Numbered from the stretch's first letter, positions 40,131-53,382 are shown. The stretch is DNA of 64,000 nt from Oikopleura dioica (GCA_907165135.1 OU015568.1:868001-932000); one strand, 5' to 3'. The notes: generated from the letters alone by a model not told the origin. Numbers and translations are program-made.

Positions 40131-41799
40131 AGGAAGTCCGATGGCGCCGCTGTAGTTGCTTCAAATGCCATGGTCTACCCCAATTTGTCGCCTCTAGTTA
40201 TCGAAAGTCGCAAATTTCTCTTCTTGAAAGATGAAAAATCAGTGATTTTAAATCACGAAAAAGAAAATCCTGAGCATTTTAAATTTTGTCTTCTCCGACA
40301 AAAAAAGAATCACTCAAACGCTTTGGTACACAAGACCGAGAATCAGTTACTATTCGCAATTTGCGAATTTCGCAAATAACTTATTTGAAATAAGGGGTTT
40401 CATATGATAACTCGCATACAAGCAGAGAGCCTTGTTCAAAGTAGTGAAGTAGCTACTCATTTTCACTGTGATCAAACAATTAAAAAATGACGAAAAAACT
40501 CCTCGAATCAAATTCAATCGATCTTCATACAGTAGTATTTTGTATATTCCTTCGGCGGGTGAGCGGAAGCTCTTCGATCATAATTAAGGGCATCCGAAGA
40601 GAGGTAACAAGATATAAATCCCGGAAGTTCTCACCATCTTGCGCTCTCCCGCTGCGATTTTTCCGGACAGTTTACTTCGAATCCTGAAAAATAACAAAAA
40701 AGCAAAACCGCAAATTTGTAAAAATTGTTAGCTGGATTCACTCGTCACCTGAAAATGTCAAGTGTAGTGACACCTGCATCGCACGGGCGCGGTCTTTTTT
40801 GAAGAGCTTCCTTTTGCACTTGTCGTTTTTGACCGAGGATGATTTATTGCTCGAGCAAGGCGTCAATAAAACAACCTGTTGAGGCCATTTCTTATTCATT
40901 CGAAAAGGTTGAGCCAGGATTCTATATCAAAATAAATACAGAAGTGGATACACACTTGATCGATCCAACTGTTTTTTGAGACATTTATTGGCTTTGATTT
41001 ATTATTAATAAATAGGCGTTTTTTTCTTGAAATAAATTTTTAATGAAAAAGATAGTAAAATTATCTTTTATCAAGTAAAAATTGCAGAAAAAAACCGTGG
41101 GAAAGCGACAATTTATCAGAATTGACGTCGTGATTCCCCCCTCAGATTGATAGTCACTGATAATCATCAGTATCAGTTTTTGAAGATGATCTTCGTCTTC
41201 GAGACCCTCCGAGCTGAGGATCGAAAATGTAACGAAACAGAAAGCGACGATTCTTTTGGCCTGGGCAGTTTGTTAGTGGAATCAAGGCTTGGAGCCCATC
41301 TGTTTGATTCTGTGTAAATACAGTTTCTTCTGAATTATTCACTGTAAAGATTTCTAGACAAATTCTCACTCGGAAAAAACCTGTCAAGAAATCTTTACGG
41401 CGAGAAGAACAGTATTCAACAGAGCCTACAGTTGAAATGGCCTGACCAACTTTTTGATTCGTTTATTAGCCACGTGATAAATGACCTAAAATGAACAAAT
41501 TGAGGCTTTCAGTATATCAGAGTCAAGGAACCTTTTTACTAGAAATAGCCAAACAAGTTGTTATTCCCTAATTTTTGGTAGAAAGATTTTTTAAAATCTG
41601 AAAGCCTAAATTTATTCATTTTCGATCGTTTATCACGTGGCTAATAAATGAAATAAATATTCAGCAATTTTCAAAAAGAAAATAATTGCAACAGAAAAAA
41701 CTGTCTCGTGACCGTGAAAATGGAAAAACACTGGCACACGAGTCTGAGAGAGGTCCGCTGAGTCAGCTCTGCTTGTTTTCGAGAATTCATTCAAAAGTC

Positions 41800-41880
41800 C
41801 GCGCTGGTTCTGCGCGGCGCCTCGCCCCGCCGGCCAATCAGCGGGGCGCATTTTGAAAGTGGCGCTCTCCCGCCAAATGC
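41800..41880 (+). promoter_or_regulatory. GC-rich promoter with CCAAT, CHR-like TTTGAA and E2F site upstream of the CKI gene
   Basis: CCAAT at 41834-38, GGCGC-ATT-TTGAA at 41845-57, and TCCCGCCAAA (reverse complement TTTGGCGGGA) at 41868-77. Confidence 0.55.
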
Positions 41881-42070
41881 CTCCTTCACAATCCTCGCGT
41901 GTCAGAACGCTTCGCGCTCAAAGCACAAAAACACGACGCTTTTCTTTTTTTCAAATCAAACCACTTTTTCAAAAAGACGTAGTAAAATCAACTTTTCCAA
42001 AAAAATCTAGAAAAAAAACTTTTTTCGAGACGAAAGAAGAAATCTTCCTGAAGCAGAAAAAAAGAGAACG

Positions 42071-44832
42071 ATGATGAAGGCAAAGAGATGCCTCTTTGGA
42101 CCCAGCGACCCGGAATTGACACACCGACAGTACAATGAAAGCTTGAAACAACATCTACAGGTACGTAATCGGATTTACAGTGATTTTTGTGGATCTTTTG
42201 TTGATAATGTCAAATTTTGAGGGCAATAGGTTTGATGCTAGAAATTAGGATAAATATTTGCAATCAAGGTTTAAGAAGTCATCTTACTGTAAAAAGACAG
42301 TAAGAACATCTCATAAAAGCTTATTTCGCTATTTTGCAGTGTATTTTGTGACCAAAAACAGCCCCAAAACAAGCTTTTGTGTCAGTTTTTCTATTGTTTT
42401 CACTCTTCTTTCTCATATTTTTCCAAAACAGAAGAATATTACTGTATGAAACTGAGTAATTCGCTGACAAAATTACCTTACAGATACGCTGCTATTATAA
42501 AACTACAGCTAAAGTGCGGAAACTCAAGTATTTCAACCGCTTTTGATTAGTTTTTCAATTAATTACGAACGAAAAATCATTAAAAATGAAATTCTGTAGT
42601 AATAAAACTCCAGAACTTTGTCCAATTTTGACCGATCAAGGAGATGAAGGGCTCAAAATTGAGACAAAAGCATCTTCTTATCGATTCATTTATCGAGCGG
42701 GTTGGGATAATCCATCAATTAACCCAAAAAAGAAACGCGAAACAGACTGTTTATATCCACTTTGGGGCGCCAATCTTCTTCCAAGGAGATTGCAATTAAA
42801 AGCGGCCTTAGCGGGCTTTTCAAGGAGATTTTGTCAGTTTTAGACTTTCTCCAAAACTGAGAGCCACCTGTTTTTATGAGCTTCAAAGGATCATTACTAA
42901 TTCCGTCATTTTTTTCTGAAATCGTGAACGAGGCCGTGAATCAGTCGTAAAATTCGCGCGGTTTTACGATTGATTCACGGGCTAAGCTCAAATATTCTGT
43001 ATTCCTCTGATCGCTAAAAAAGGATCAAAGGAATACAGTATGAATGAGACAGTTCTGCCTACAGCTGGGCTCGGCAACCTGTGTAGAATCCTGAGTCAGG
43101 GTTCTGAAAGAGTGCTTATGAAAAGCCGCTTAGCTCAGTCAGGATAAGATTTTTGCTCTTTCTGCACTCTGACTCAGGGTTTCCACGCAGGTTCTCGAGC
43201 TCAGTGGAATGCCCCACTCCGGTATCTTTGTGACTGTAAGAGCCGAACTTTTCCCTCTTCGTCCCAAAGAATGAGAATTATTTGATTCGTAGTACGGCCA
43301 ATTTCCCACTAGTTACAGTGACTCTGCCTCAAAACCAGCTACTACGAGCAAACGGCGCCATACTACTACTCAAACAGTTCCATTTACCCGGCATTGAGTT
43401 TTTGAGTGTCACCGTTTTGCGCGCAAATTTGCCCTTTTCTTACAATTTCTATTTGCTTTTCCAACTTTTCGAAAAGTTAGAAAAATGTTTTTTTTTGAAA
43501 TCAAGCCAAATTGGCTTTGAAATTATTTCAATGCTTTTCCAATTTTTTTCCGGAGAACATGTTACGCAGCTAATCTAAATAAACAACGGAAAGATTTTGA
43601 ATTCTTTTCTCGGATTAATAGCGCTATCACGTGTCTTTTTATCCCGATTTTTATTGTAAATAAGGTGGATTAAAGTTGATAAAGAGCTGTTTGTAGGAGC
43701 TTTTGAACGCTTAAACTGGTCTTATGATAAAAAAGTAGATATAGGGAAAATATGATGATGCGTAAAAGGTGTCATTATCCACGCTTGATAACATTTTTTT
43801 ACGAAATGATAAAAGCTTGCCAGAATTTTATGGCTCAAGATCCAGAAATTCTTGGACCCCTGCCAGAACTCGGTCGGGAATTCAAGCAAGCCTGAACTTT
43901 TTAATCTCAATTTATGACATCAACAAAGCGCTGTCCCATCAAAAAACTCTTCAACAGTTCTTTCTATAAAATAATCGCTATTTTCAGAACGCCGAAAAAG
44001 ACTGGAATTTCAACTTCGCAGATGAAAATCCGATCCTTTCCTCCGAAGCCCGCTACAAATGGGAAGTCGTTCGGTAAGTCCAAAATCAGCACAATGACGT
44101 AACGAATTCTCAATTCAAAAAGAAAACTGAAAAAAGACCGCTCCCGCTCTTTTGGGAGCTCATCCCTTTTCGCGCACAGTTTGAATTTGACGCGCTCAAT
44201 TTGAATTCGCACAGTTGAACTCAAGGCATTTTGAAGTCTGAAAATATTTTGAAGCCACTCCTCTTTCTTATTATTGTTTTTCAGATCAAGCTCAGTGCCA
44301 CCTGTCTACCGAAGCAAACGGTTATTTGATCCCAAGGCGCCAAAGCAAGCAGCTGAAGTTGAACAGAAAACACCAAAAACCTCCCGACGCTCGAGCAAAT
44401 CTGCCACTCGCAGCGCGAAAAACTCGCAACTCGCCAAGAAGTCAACTCAAACCACAATGACAGGTAAACATAATAACAATTTCCCGATGAAAAAATATCG
44501 GTTTTTTGGATGTTGAAAAACAAAAAAGCAACTTTCTTCTATGTTTTCAAAGCTCGTTTATAAGATCCGATCTTTTTGTCAATTCTATCTCTTCAAAAGC
44601 GCTTCAACTAATCGTTGCTCTAGAAATGTTCACCGTGAAGCGTCAACGATCCAGCATGCCGAAGAAAGTCTCCATGGATCTTCCCGGCAGCACTTCCCCC
44701 GAACGCGTCTTTGGCGTGTTGACCCGATCCACCTCCCGTGTTCACACTAGGTAATAGTTTCTCCGACCCTTCTCTTGCTAATCAACTCCTTTCAGATCCA
44801 CTGCGAAGCGTCACCTCCCATTTGGTCACTGA
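42071..44832 (+). CDS. CKI: Cip/Kip family cyclin-dependent kinase inhibitor (p21/p27/Dacapo-like), 5 exons
   Basis: CDI domain KRCLFGP..|NAEKDWNFNF..YKWE, with the same LFG-to-W spacing (25 aa) as p27. C-terminal QTTMTEMFTVKR PIP motif. Confidence 0.88.
42934..42980. repeat. 19 bp-stem hairpin in CKI intron 1
   Basis: CCGTGAATCAGTCGTAAAA / TTTTACGATTGATTCACGG with one G:T pair and a 9 nt loop TTCGCGCGG. Confidence 0.8.
43069..43206. mobile_element. ~140 bp MITE with ~35 bp degenerate TIRs in CKI intron 1
   Basis: CTGGGCTCGGCAACCTGTGTAGAATCCTGAGTCAG versus the reverse complement of CTGACTCAGGGTTTCCACGCAGGTTCTCGAGCTCAG. Confidence 0.7.
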
Positions 44833-45669
44833 AAAAGACGATTGTCGGACTTTATTTGGCTACCTCGTTCAACAAGCTCAATAAGACCTCTCCTACTATC
44901 TAAAGCGTATTCGCCCGTTTTCTATTTTTATTTTCAATTCTAGCTTTTCCCGCCTTTTTTCTTGTTCGGCCGCCCTTTTGTTTTCTCAGTTTCCCAACTT
45001 TCTCCACTTTTTTTATTTTTTGTCGAGTCTCTCACATTCCATTTCACAAACTAAATCATCGTCGAAGCTTTTCCTTCTTTATCCCTTTTCGCTGTCTCTT
45101 GAATCGCCCGCTTCTTCAGGCTTCGAGAAGGGATGTAAAAGTGCATCTTAAAAACTTCAGATGAAAGCGATACAGAAAATGTTCATTATAAAATCACTTC
45201 AAAAAGGACCGAGAGGGAGCTTATCTACCTGTTCTTTCTTCTTTTTGAACTGTTTTTATAATGACAACTGTCTGTAACAATCTCTCAGTCAAATTTGAAG
45301 CTCATTTTCGACCTTCTCATTTCGCCAAGAGACCCATCAGAAGCTTATTTCACTAGAAATCGACCTGGACGATCGAGGGGTCGATTTTCTACCGAAATAA
45401 ATCAGTCTTTTCTACGTCAACTCACAGCTTTTTTTCCGGGCGGCCTGACTTTTTTGCGCTCTAGAAAAGCGTTTTCAACGCTTCTTATCAATTTTTCCCA
45501 CCAACTTTTGTAAAGGCTTGCTTTAAATTTTTCCCTCTCTTTCAAATTTTTTAAGGTTACTAATCCCGCCGTCTCTTTATTTTCAATTTTTGCCGGACTT
45601 ATTATCGTATACTCCCTTTTCTCTCGAATTTAAAAACAAAACAATAGAAAAACCGTTCTCTGTTTCCAG

Positions 45670-46005
45670 CTACTGCAAGTTATCAAGTTCATCCCACTTC
45701 AAGACTTCAACCTCTGTTTCAGCAAGGTTCAGTTTTCAAACAAAGTATATATAATAAATCAAAAATCACACATATCAAGATATATTGTCAGGAATATACT
45801 TCACTGTTGCCTTAATTCTGTTTGTAACATTAATGAAGATGATTTGACGCATATGATATGCGGCATATTCTATACAGTCAGGTCTTGCAATTGCGAGAAC
45901 TGCAATTGCGCGGTTTTTGGCGATAATCTCGAAATTTAATGCATTTTCGTAAAGTGCTTCTTTTGATAGTAAAATGCCAAATGAGAACAATAATTGAATA
46001 TGCAA
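45670..46005 (-). CDS. 3' part of an unknown small protein
   Basis: ORF ..AYHMRQIIFINVTNRIKATVKYIP followed by a last exon ..ETEVEVLKWDELDNLQ*. Confidence 0.3.
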
Positions 46006-46223
46006 ACAATTTTTTACTTTTCTAGAGACAAAAAAATAAAAATAACGTAAGATTTCAGCATACGTTTATATATTACGCAGAAAAGAGGCGAAAAGGTCAA
46101 TAAGATTGTCCCATTTTCAAAAAAATTGACGGCTTGCAATTACGTGGTTTTAGGCGAAAATCCCGAAAAATAAAAACGCGCAATTGCAGGACCTGACTGT
46201 ATATAAGCCGCATATAAAATGAA

Positions 46224-48502
46224 TCAGACAATGCAGAATGAACTACTTGGTATAGAAAAAAGAGCAGGTCGAGCGAAATCATCAAGATGAGTATGAACTA
46301 TCTCGGTGGCTGTAACGGTTTCTCCATTCCAGTTGATATTTTGAACTACTTTTCCCATTTCTCCACTGAAAACGTAAAATCGATCAACCAAATTAAGCGC
46401 AGAAGCAATATTCTGGTGCTGAACCGATGTCATTATCTAATTTATATGCGGTATCCTTACTGTCGAGACTTGTCCAACATTTCTCCACTGATCATCTTTT
46501 AGGAAGAAAACATTAAAGTTCCCCCCATCCCCGGTGTTCGTCCAGCCAGAGATAACAATCACTCCTTCATCAACATCAAAACAAACATGAGATTTGATAT
46601 TCAGGCTCACAGAGTCTTGCCACCCATTTTCTTTTAAGATTTCGACAGAATCGGTACTGAGTCCGGCAACAACGAGAGGACACTCGCCATAATTTGCCAG
46701 ACACGTATATCTTTAAGATAAAGAGCAATAAGATCGAGTTTCTATTGTTACCGATGGCTATAGTTTGTTGAGAAGGTTTCTTCTGCTTTCACGCCGTCGA
46801 AAAATTGACAAGATGTATGACCACTACTACCGAAGCAAAGCAGAACTGAACGTTTTGTGGATTTTATTTTCTGTTGAAATAAAAAAAATGATTTGGATGA
46901 CCCTCTTAAATCGGGTTTTTGTAAGGTCATCTATCGGATTTTTGTAGGGTATTTTTGTCGGGTTTCTCTTTGGATCAACTCATCAGTTTCTTTATAGACA
47001 GCCCCCAAAGTTCTGTACCCGACGAAAACCCGACAAAAACCCGATCCGAAAATTCCGACTTCAAGAAGACCCGAGGAAAATCCGATCGGGGGCATTTGAA
47101 ATCCCCGGATTTCGGGGGCATTTGTTGATCATAGTATGTTGGCTTATTAGTGTTCCTAGAAATTTAATACATCATGAAAACTTGTTCGGAGCAATCTTTG
47201 ACCAATAAAAATATATAATTTTAGCATATTTTCGACTTTTTGTCATTTTTCATCGAAAACTTAAATTGTCAAGCGCGACTTTGAGGGTGTTAGAGTCGAG
47301 GTAGACCCCCAAAACTTTAAGCCTCAAAATCGTTTTTGACCTGTAGATTCTACTTTATACATAAACTTTATACATAAGTATATATTGATAAAGGTTGACA
47401 ATTAAAAATAATAAAGATTGTTAATCAAAGATAAACCTTTGTTTATTTTGTCCATCGTGAGTGTCGCCCCTTCGTACAGATTAAAATCTTGAACCAATTG
47501 AATTTGTTGCTCGACAAAACTACAACCAACAAGTTTTGCAACCTTTAAATAATATTTGAAAAAAATTTATACGATACCGAGTCCTACTTTTCGTGGAGCG
47601 CCTGAACCTCCAAAAATATAATGTTCCCCATTCAAAGTTCCAAAACCAACGCGTTCAAGATATCCTTGCGCTGGAGTGTTGATGACAACATTTTCTACAA
47701 TCGTTTCTTCTGCTGTAAAAATATAGGAAAGTCTGTTGCTTCCTTTGTCGGACAAGACGAGAACTGGAAGACTATTTCCAAGAGAGTTACCACACTATAG
47801 TATTAACTCTGTTAGAAAATTTTTTTCGCTAAAGAGTGAAAGTTTTCTTGCCAAAGCTTACTCAGCTCGGTAATTTTGCAATTCTGATCTCACCGAGTAT
47901 GATGGACAAGGACATCCATTAGAGCAATTTGACATGCATGGACAATTTTCTTTCGCCACGAGAAATTCTTCAAAGCATTTTGAGTAGCAATCATTATCAG
48001 TTGGGCTGCACATAAGTTGACATTTCACCTATTTTGTCACTGAATTTTCCACTCGTAGCAAAAATGAACCTGATCATCGATAGCTTCCTTAATGCATTTC
48101 AATGTATCTGCATCTTCTTCTGGATTCCTGCAAACACAATAGGGACTTTCACATCCTTCGCATCCATCCAAACAGTTCAGATTGCAGGGACAATCTTCCG
48201 CACAATCTAACCGATCGCTTTCGATAATAAATTCTTAATAACCTACAGACAAAATTTTCCAAGCAAAGAGTCTCACAAACATGATCAGCACAGGCATTTC
48301 GACAATCCAAATAGCTCATTCTGCAAGTAGCCTCGCATTCCTCGCCAACATCCTGATCTGGGCATGTTCTCTGGTTGAAACCGATCGCTTGTTCTTTTTC
48401 TGTGTTTCAGATTTTTTCTCCTAAAAGCTTGAAAGGCTAAAAATTTCGAAACTTTCCAGGTATGAACCCCTCAGCGACGAGAAATAAAAGCGGAAGTATC
48501 AT
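46224..48502 (-). CDS. Secreted Cys-rich + kelch-like beta-propeller protein, copy 2 (inverted paralogue of 36975-38525)
   Basis: Exons closely similar to copy 1 (VENVVINTPAQGYLERVGFGTLNGEHYIFGG; LKDDQWRNVGQ; PALFSIPSSSFCIV*), with extra N-terminal Cys-rich repeats. Confidence 0.8.
46908..47086. mobile_element. Foldback-type element made of TCGGGTTTTT / AAAACCCGA subrepeats, in an intron
   Basis: About three TCGG(G/A)TTTT units on the left and about five AAAA(C/T)CCGA units on the right, in inverted orientation. Confidence 0.6.
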
Positions 48503-48704
48503 TCTCGGTCTGATCTAACCGAAATGAAAAGCTTTCAAGTTCTTGATTCTCTTGAAAACACGTGTTTTCTTCTCACAGTTTTTTTCGTAATGAAGCCGGT
48601 TCTCCTAAAATTTGATGACACTTGCACAATTCTCAGCAAAAAGGTAAAAGAATCTATTGAAATTAAAAATTTGTTGAATTCTATTTGAAGAAATGAATAA
48701 ATAA

Positions 48705-51079
48705 TCAGTGAGCAGGAACTTCGACAAGATTTTTCTTTATCTTCTCAATGTATTCTGGATATTTGGCATCTTGTTTGCAGCCGCGGTGAACGTCAAAACG
48801 CCAGAATCGCATTACGCTCTGGTACCATCTGTTGATCTTTGCCGCTCTCTTCGCTCTGATCAGTCGACAGATTCGGCAGTAATCGTATTCATCACGTGCT
48901 AGGGAGAATTTCAATGAAGAAAAAAAGCTCGAGAAAGCTTACAAAGAGTGAAATGAGATTCATGAAGAGGTTTGATTCTTTCTGGCCGAAGGGATCGCCA
49001 GTCATGGTATTCCATGTAAGCATTGTCGTTTTTGTCCAAATAATCGAGGTAGAAAACTGAATTTTTGTTATGAAAATCTGAGATTTTTGATGAAAAAGAA
49101 GATTTTGACAAAAATTGCGACAGAAAACTCAAGTTTTTTGACAATTTTTTCTCTGAAATCTGATTGGCCTATTGGCTGAATGCGGGTATCTGATTGGTTA
49201 AAAATTTGAACAAAATTTTAGGTCAAAAATGTCGCAATTTTTCTACTTTCGTGGTTTTAATGAGAAGCTAAGAGGTTCATTTCTCATTATGAGAAAACCT
49301 CTTTTTGGAAAAAATCATGTAAAAAACCGGCAGGTAAGTAGGATTACTCAACCGCAGGGAAAGGACTAATCCATTGAGCTACTCGCTTAGGGACCTAAGT
49401 CTGCGGCTTCCTCGAATTGCTCCGCGTGGATGAAAGAATTCGGGGGCGCGATTTGCTTCACATCATCGTAGTGCGGTCCAAACACGACTTTTCCCAGGTT
49501 GTTCGAAATTCGCTTTATTCAATCAAAAATCATGGTACCGCTTAATTAATCTGAACCTTTTTCCTGGAACAGCGAGAGCGCCGAGAGCATTTCGCCAGAA
49601 TTTCTCAGAGATGTAGTCTGTACAATGGTAGGCATTTTCGAAGGAGAGGTAGAATTTCATGTGCTGAATTACTGTATCTTCGCTGTCAGAGTTGTATTTT
49701 AGGGACTTGGCCATGTTGCCGAAGGATCGTTTTGTTTGATTCTCGAAGCAGGCGCCTTCTCCATGAAGTTTCAGTCCTGCTTCTTTCAAAAAGGGTCGAC
49801 AAGAAAAGGTCGAATAAATCAAAATCTGATTGGCTAACCGGCTGAATTCGGACATCTTATTGGTCAAAGATCCAACCAAAATTCTGCCCAAAAATTGACT
49901 TATCAATTGTCTTGTCGACCCTTTACTATCAGTTTCTGCCCGTAGGTCCATCTCAACCTTGCCCCGGGCGTGTGATCACAGTTTGAAATCAACCAACCAG
50001 TGTGAAAGTCTTTCAGCCCCTCTTTTTCATGGTTCTTTAGCTTCAATATTTTCTCCATCATCTGCTCATTGCTCAAAAGTTCCTTCCCACTAACTTCATC
50101 AAAATACATCCTCATCGTTTTCTGAATGCTTCCATAGCCCCTGACAATATCCGAATCCCGCTTGTACGAATATGTAATGTTGAAAGAAGAGTCGAATTCC
50201 TGAGTGAAAGATTGAAGATTTTGCTGCGAGTCGATATTTTTTATTCCACTTTCATAATTGACGAAAACCCAGTATTGCGAGCTGTTTCGGGTCTCTTTTT
50301 TCGATACTCAACTCTCAAGTGCTTTTCGCGCAATTTCGCTATTTCGGGAATTTTTTAAAGTTTTTAGTTTTGTATCGTTTCCTAAAGAAGGCGGCTTGAG
50401 TTGTTCATCTTGAGAGCGGCCTCTTTTTGCCGGGTCCTTTTTTCGTAAGCGCTCGTCTTCTGCCTTTTGAAAGGAGAGAAGTGGTCCGTTGTTGATTATT
50501 ACCGCATCGGCTTATTATAATGTGATAAATGAAATAAGAGCAAATCTTACCAGTTTCGTACATATCCCTATCATTCGTAATAAAACACTCTCCACAAAGC
50601 TCACGCCCATAATTTTGAAACGGCTTGCTTGGAATCCTCGTCAGCTGGTTCGGGATCAGTCGATTTTCATACCAACCAAGAATCACTACTTTTTCTTCGC
50701 GATTTCCTTGAGGGCGCATTTTCGTTCCCCAAATTTTCCCCATCCACTTTTTTCGTTCGCTTGGGGAGAGACGTTGGATGAGTTTTTCGTGCATTTGTTC
50801 TCCGGTCATTGTTTTTTGTGAAAGATGAAGTTTATAGGGTTTTTCTTGTTTCTCATTTTTCTCTTGCCTAAGATCTTCCTCAGCATTTCGATCTTCTTCT
50901 CTGATTTCATCGATCTTTTCGAGCTCTTTTTCGTAAATTCTTTTTTCTTCGAAAACTTCTCTCTTTTTGTTGATAAGTTCTTTCCACGACGAAATATCTT
51001 TCTGTGCGAAAAATGAAACTGGAATCAGCAAGGATAATAAAAAGAAATATTTGAGTTTTGTAAACTCTCTTCTTATCAT
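48705..51079 (-). CDS. FUT: Alpha-1,3/4-fucosyltransferase (GT10)
   Basis: Type II TM, QYWVFVNYES, FNITYSYKRDSDI, WLISNC, KFYLSFENAYHCTDYISEKFWRNAL, VPVVFG, YLDKNDNAYMEYHDWR and CRIC. Confidence 0.92.
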
Positions 51080-51750
51080 TTTTTTTCAAAAACGGTAATT
51101 TAGAAAAGCACTTCTTTTGAAGATTTGAAGATTCTTGTTTCTCTTTAGCGCTTTCGCTTTTGCGGGAGCGGCGCGCAAGGGTTCAAAATCGGCTGCAGTT
51201 AGAAAAAACATTGAGCAGCTTAAAAGTCACGCTTGTGAAACACGCTCTCCGCAAATGTCCGTGTTAATCAAAAAATCATAGTACTAGAATTGAATTTACG
51301 CGAGCTCGGGCGAAATGATCTGCAAAAATATACATTAAACTGGTATCCGCTTCTTTTTCATTCGAATAATATAAATCAAAATTTTAAGTACTATAGAATC
51401 TTTAATCTACCAGAAAATTTTTCTTGAAGATTATTTTCTAAATTTATTTATCATTCAAAAAAAAAAATATCGAGTTTTAAGATGTGATCGAAAATTTATG
51501 CTTGCTAAAAATATTTAGCTTGTTTTGGTTGAATATTATTCTGATTTCAAATAATATACGCATCTTGATGTGTCACAAGCATTCTCGATCTGTGATGGAT
51601 TCAAGCTAGTAAGGAATTACTCAAGTTTGATTCCAGCGATTTTGATCATTACTCAAGATGGTATTTATTCTTCACATGTGTTACTGAAAAAGACTACTCA
51701 TAACTCGACCCTATATAAACGCATTTTCAACAATAATTGTCAAGTTCAAA

Positions 51751-53129
51751 ATGTTACTTTTAATCCTTTTATTTTCAATTTCTTCGGCTCTTTGGCCCCC
51801 AAAACAAACGCCTCGAATAATTCGAGCAACAAGCGTGTACTACAACAACCAAACTCAATGGAAAGACAAATACGCCAACTGGAATGATCCAGAAACAATT
51901 GCCCTTGAAGAAGTATTCAGAAACGAAATAGAGGCGAAGATCGGCGGCGAAGGAGTAACCATTGATATACTCTGGTTTCAATCGTCGAACTACGAATTCA
52001 ATTCTGGAACCTCAACAGCTGCTGTTTTCTCAAGATTCGAAACGACTGATGAAAACTTTCATACCTACAGTTCTAGCTTCTCGGAGCTTCTCGAAGGTAC
52101 TTCCTTACCAATTAACTTCCACTGATTTTTTAAGCCCATCCGAATAGCTTTGCGGAATGGAAGACGATGATAGAGCCCCTCCACAACAAGATGAATTTAT
52201 TAATCGGAATCATTTTTCGCCACCCAACAGAGTGCGATCTCACCGACGATATGACTTCAATTCTTTGCAAAAATCTTTGGAAGAAGGATCAAAACTTGCC
52301 TGGAAACAAAGACGGATGCTCGGTGTGGAATACCGATTGGGACAAAACTTCAGATCAACAATATTATTTCAAAGCCGAGGTTCTTGATATGTTTCAGTAA
52401 GATACCTCATTTTGTCAATCACGTGATTTATCAAATTTTAGTTTGGATAGGTTTGGGTATATTGGACGATACCCACCTTCCTCGGAACCGGATGCTGACA
52501 ACGAATTTCCGGTCAACTATTTTTCTTATTTTTGGCTAAAAGAACTGATGAAAAATAGTAACTTCACGTGCATAAAGGAGGGTAATTACCCGGATCTTGC
52601 TTATATCGATGGTGAGAACTTCAAAACCACAATTTTCTTATATCTTTTTAGTGCACTACTACGGAGATTCGGACGATCCATTGACTAATAATGAGATAAA
52701 GTACTGTTCTTTCGGGGCGGTAGGTTTTCTTCTTGCGATTAGTAGCGTGTTTCTCCGATTTTTGTGAGTTCTAGGATTTCGTAAATGACTCGTTCATATA
52801 ATCTCCTCTTTTAGCCTCGCAAGAAGATATGCAATATTTTCATTCATCCTCGTCAACCTCATTATGGCAGCTTTTGTGGTGTATTCTTTCTTTCTTTGGT
52901 TCGACTTTGACAACGAGTTCAAAACATTTTACATGATGCCAACTTGTTTGTCAATTTCTGTCGCGTACATAATCTATTCGACTCTTGCTTGTTGCTGTTC
53001 CAGGTAAAAAAAATTGCAAAGGATTCTTTAAAATTTTGATTTAGGAAGAAATATTGGAGCGAAAAAGTAAAGCCGGAAGATGACGAAGATGAAGGGCAAA
53101 AAGAATCAGAAGGCATTGAAGCCCTTTGA
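51751..53129 (+). CDS. Signal peptide + SEA-like domain + C-terminal 3-TM protein, copy 1
   Basis: SALWPP..W...Y.NW..P.T..LEE..IE.KIGG.G..IDILWF pattern, and a C-terminal WFDFDNEFKTFYMMPT segment. Confidence 0.65.
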
Positions 53130-53382
53130 CGCCGCTTTACTGTCAATAACTTTTCTTCAAAATTTCTCTTATAAGACTTTATGTCATTTTGATCTGTTTG
53201 GAGAACAATAAATAATTAATCATTCGAAATGAGTAGTATCTCATTATTATTTCTTTGACAAATTCTGTGACTAGTTCATCTTCTGGAAGCATTATTTATT
53301 TTTCACGGATTGATCCCAAAACAACTTACTCATTAACGCCTGAAACTTGCATTCCATTTTTACTTCCCATAAATCGACCAAA

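Noticed and set aside
40480-41400. Possible minus-strand gene divergent from the CKI promoter
   Set aside because: Exon-like stretches exist, but no consistent reading frame or recognisable domain could be assembled. The same applies to 19250-19600, 28700-28880 and 54870-55250.
48705-49144. Separate small gene (NDUFS5-like resemblance)
   Set aside because: YLDKNDNAYMEYHDWR and CRIC are the C-terminal motifs of the GT10 fucosyltransferase, and the exons join in phase.
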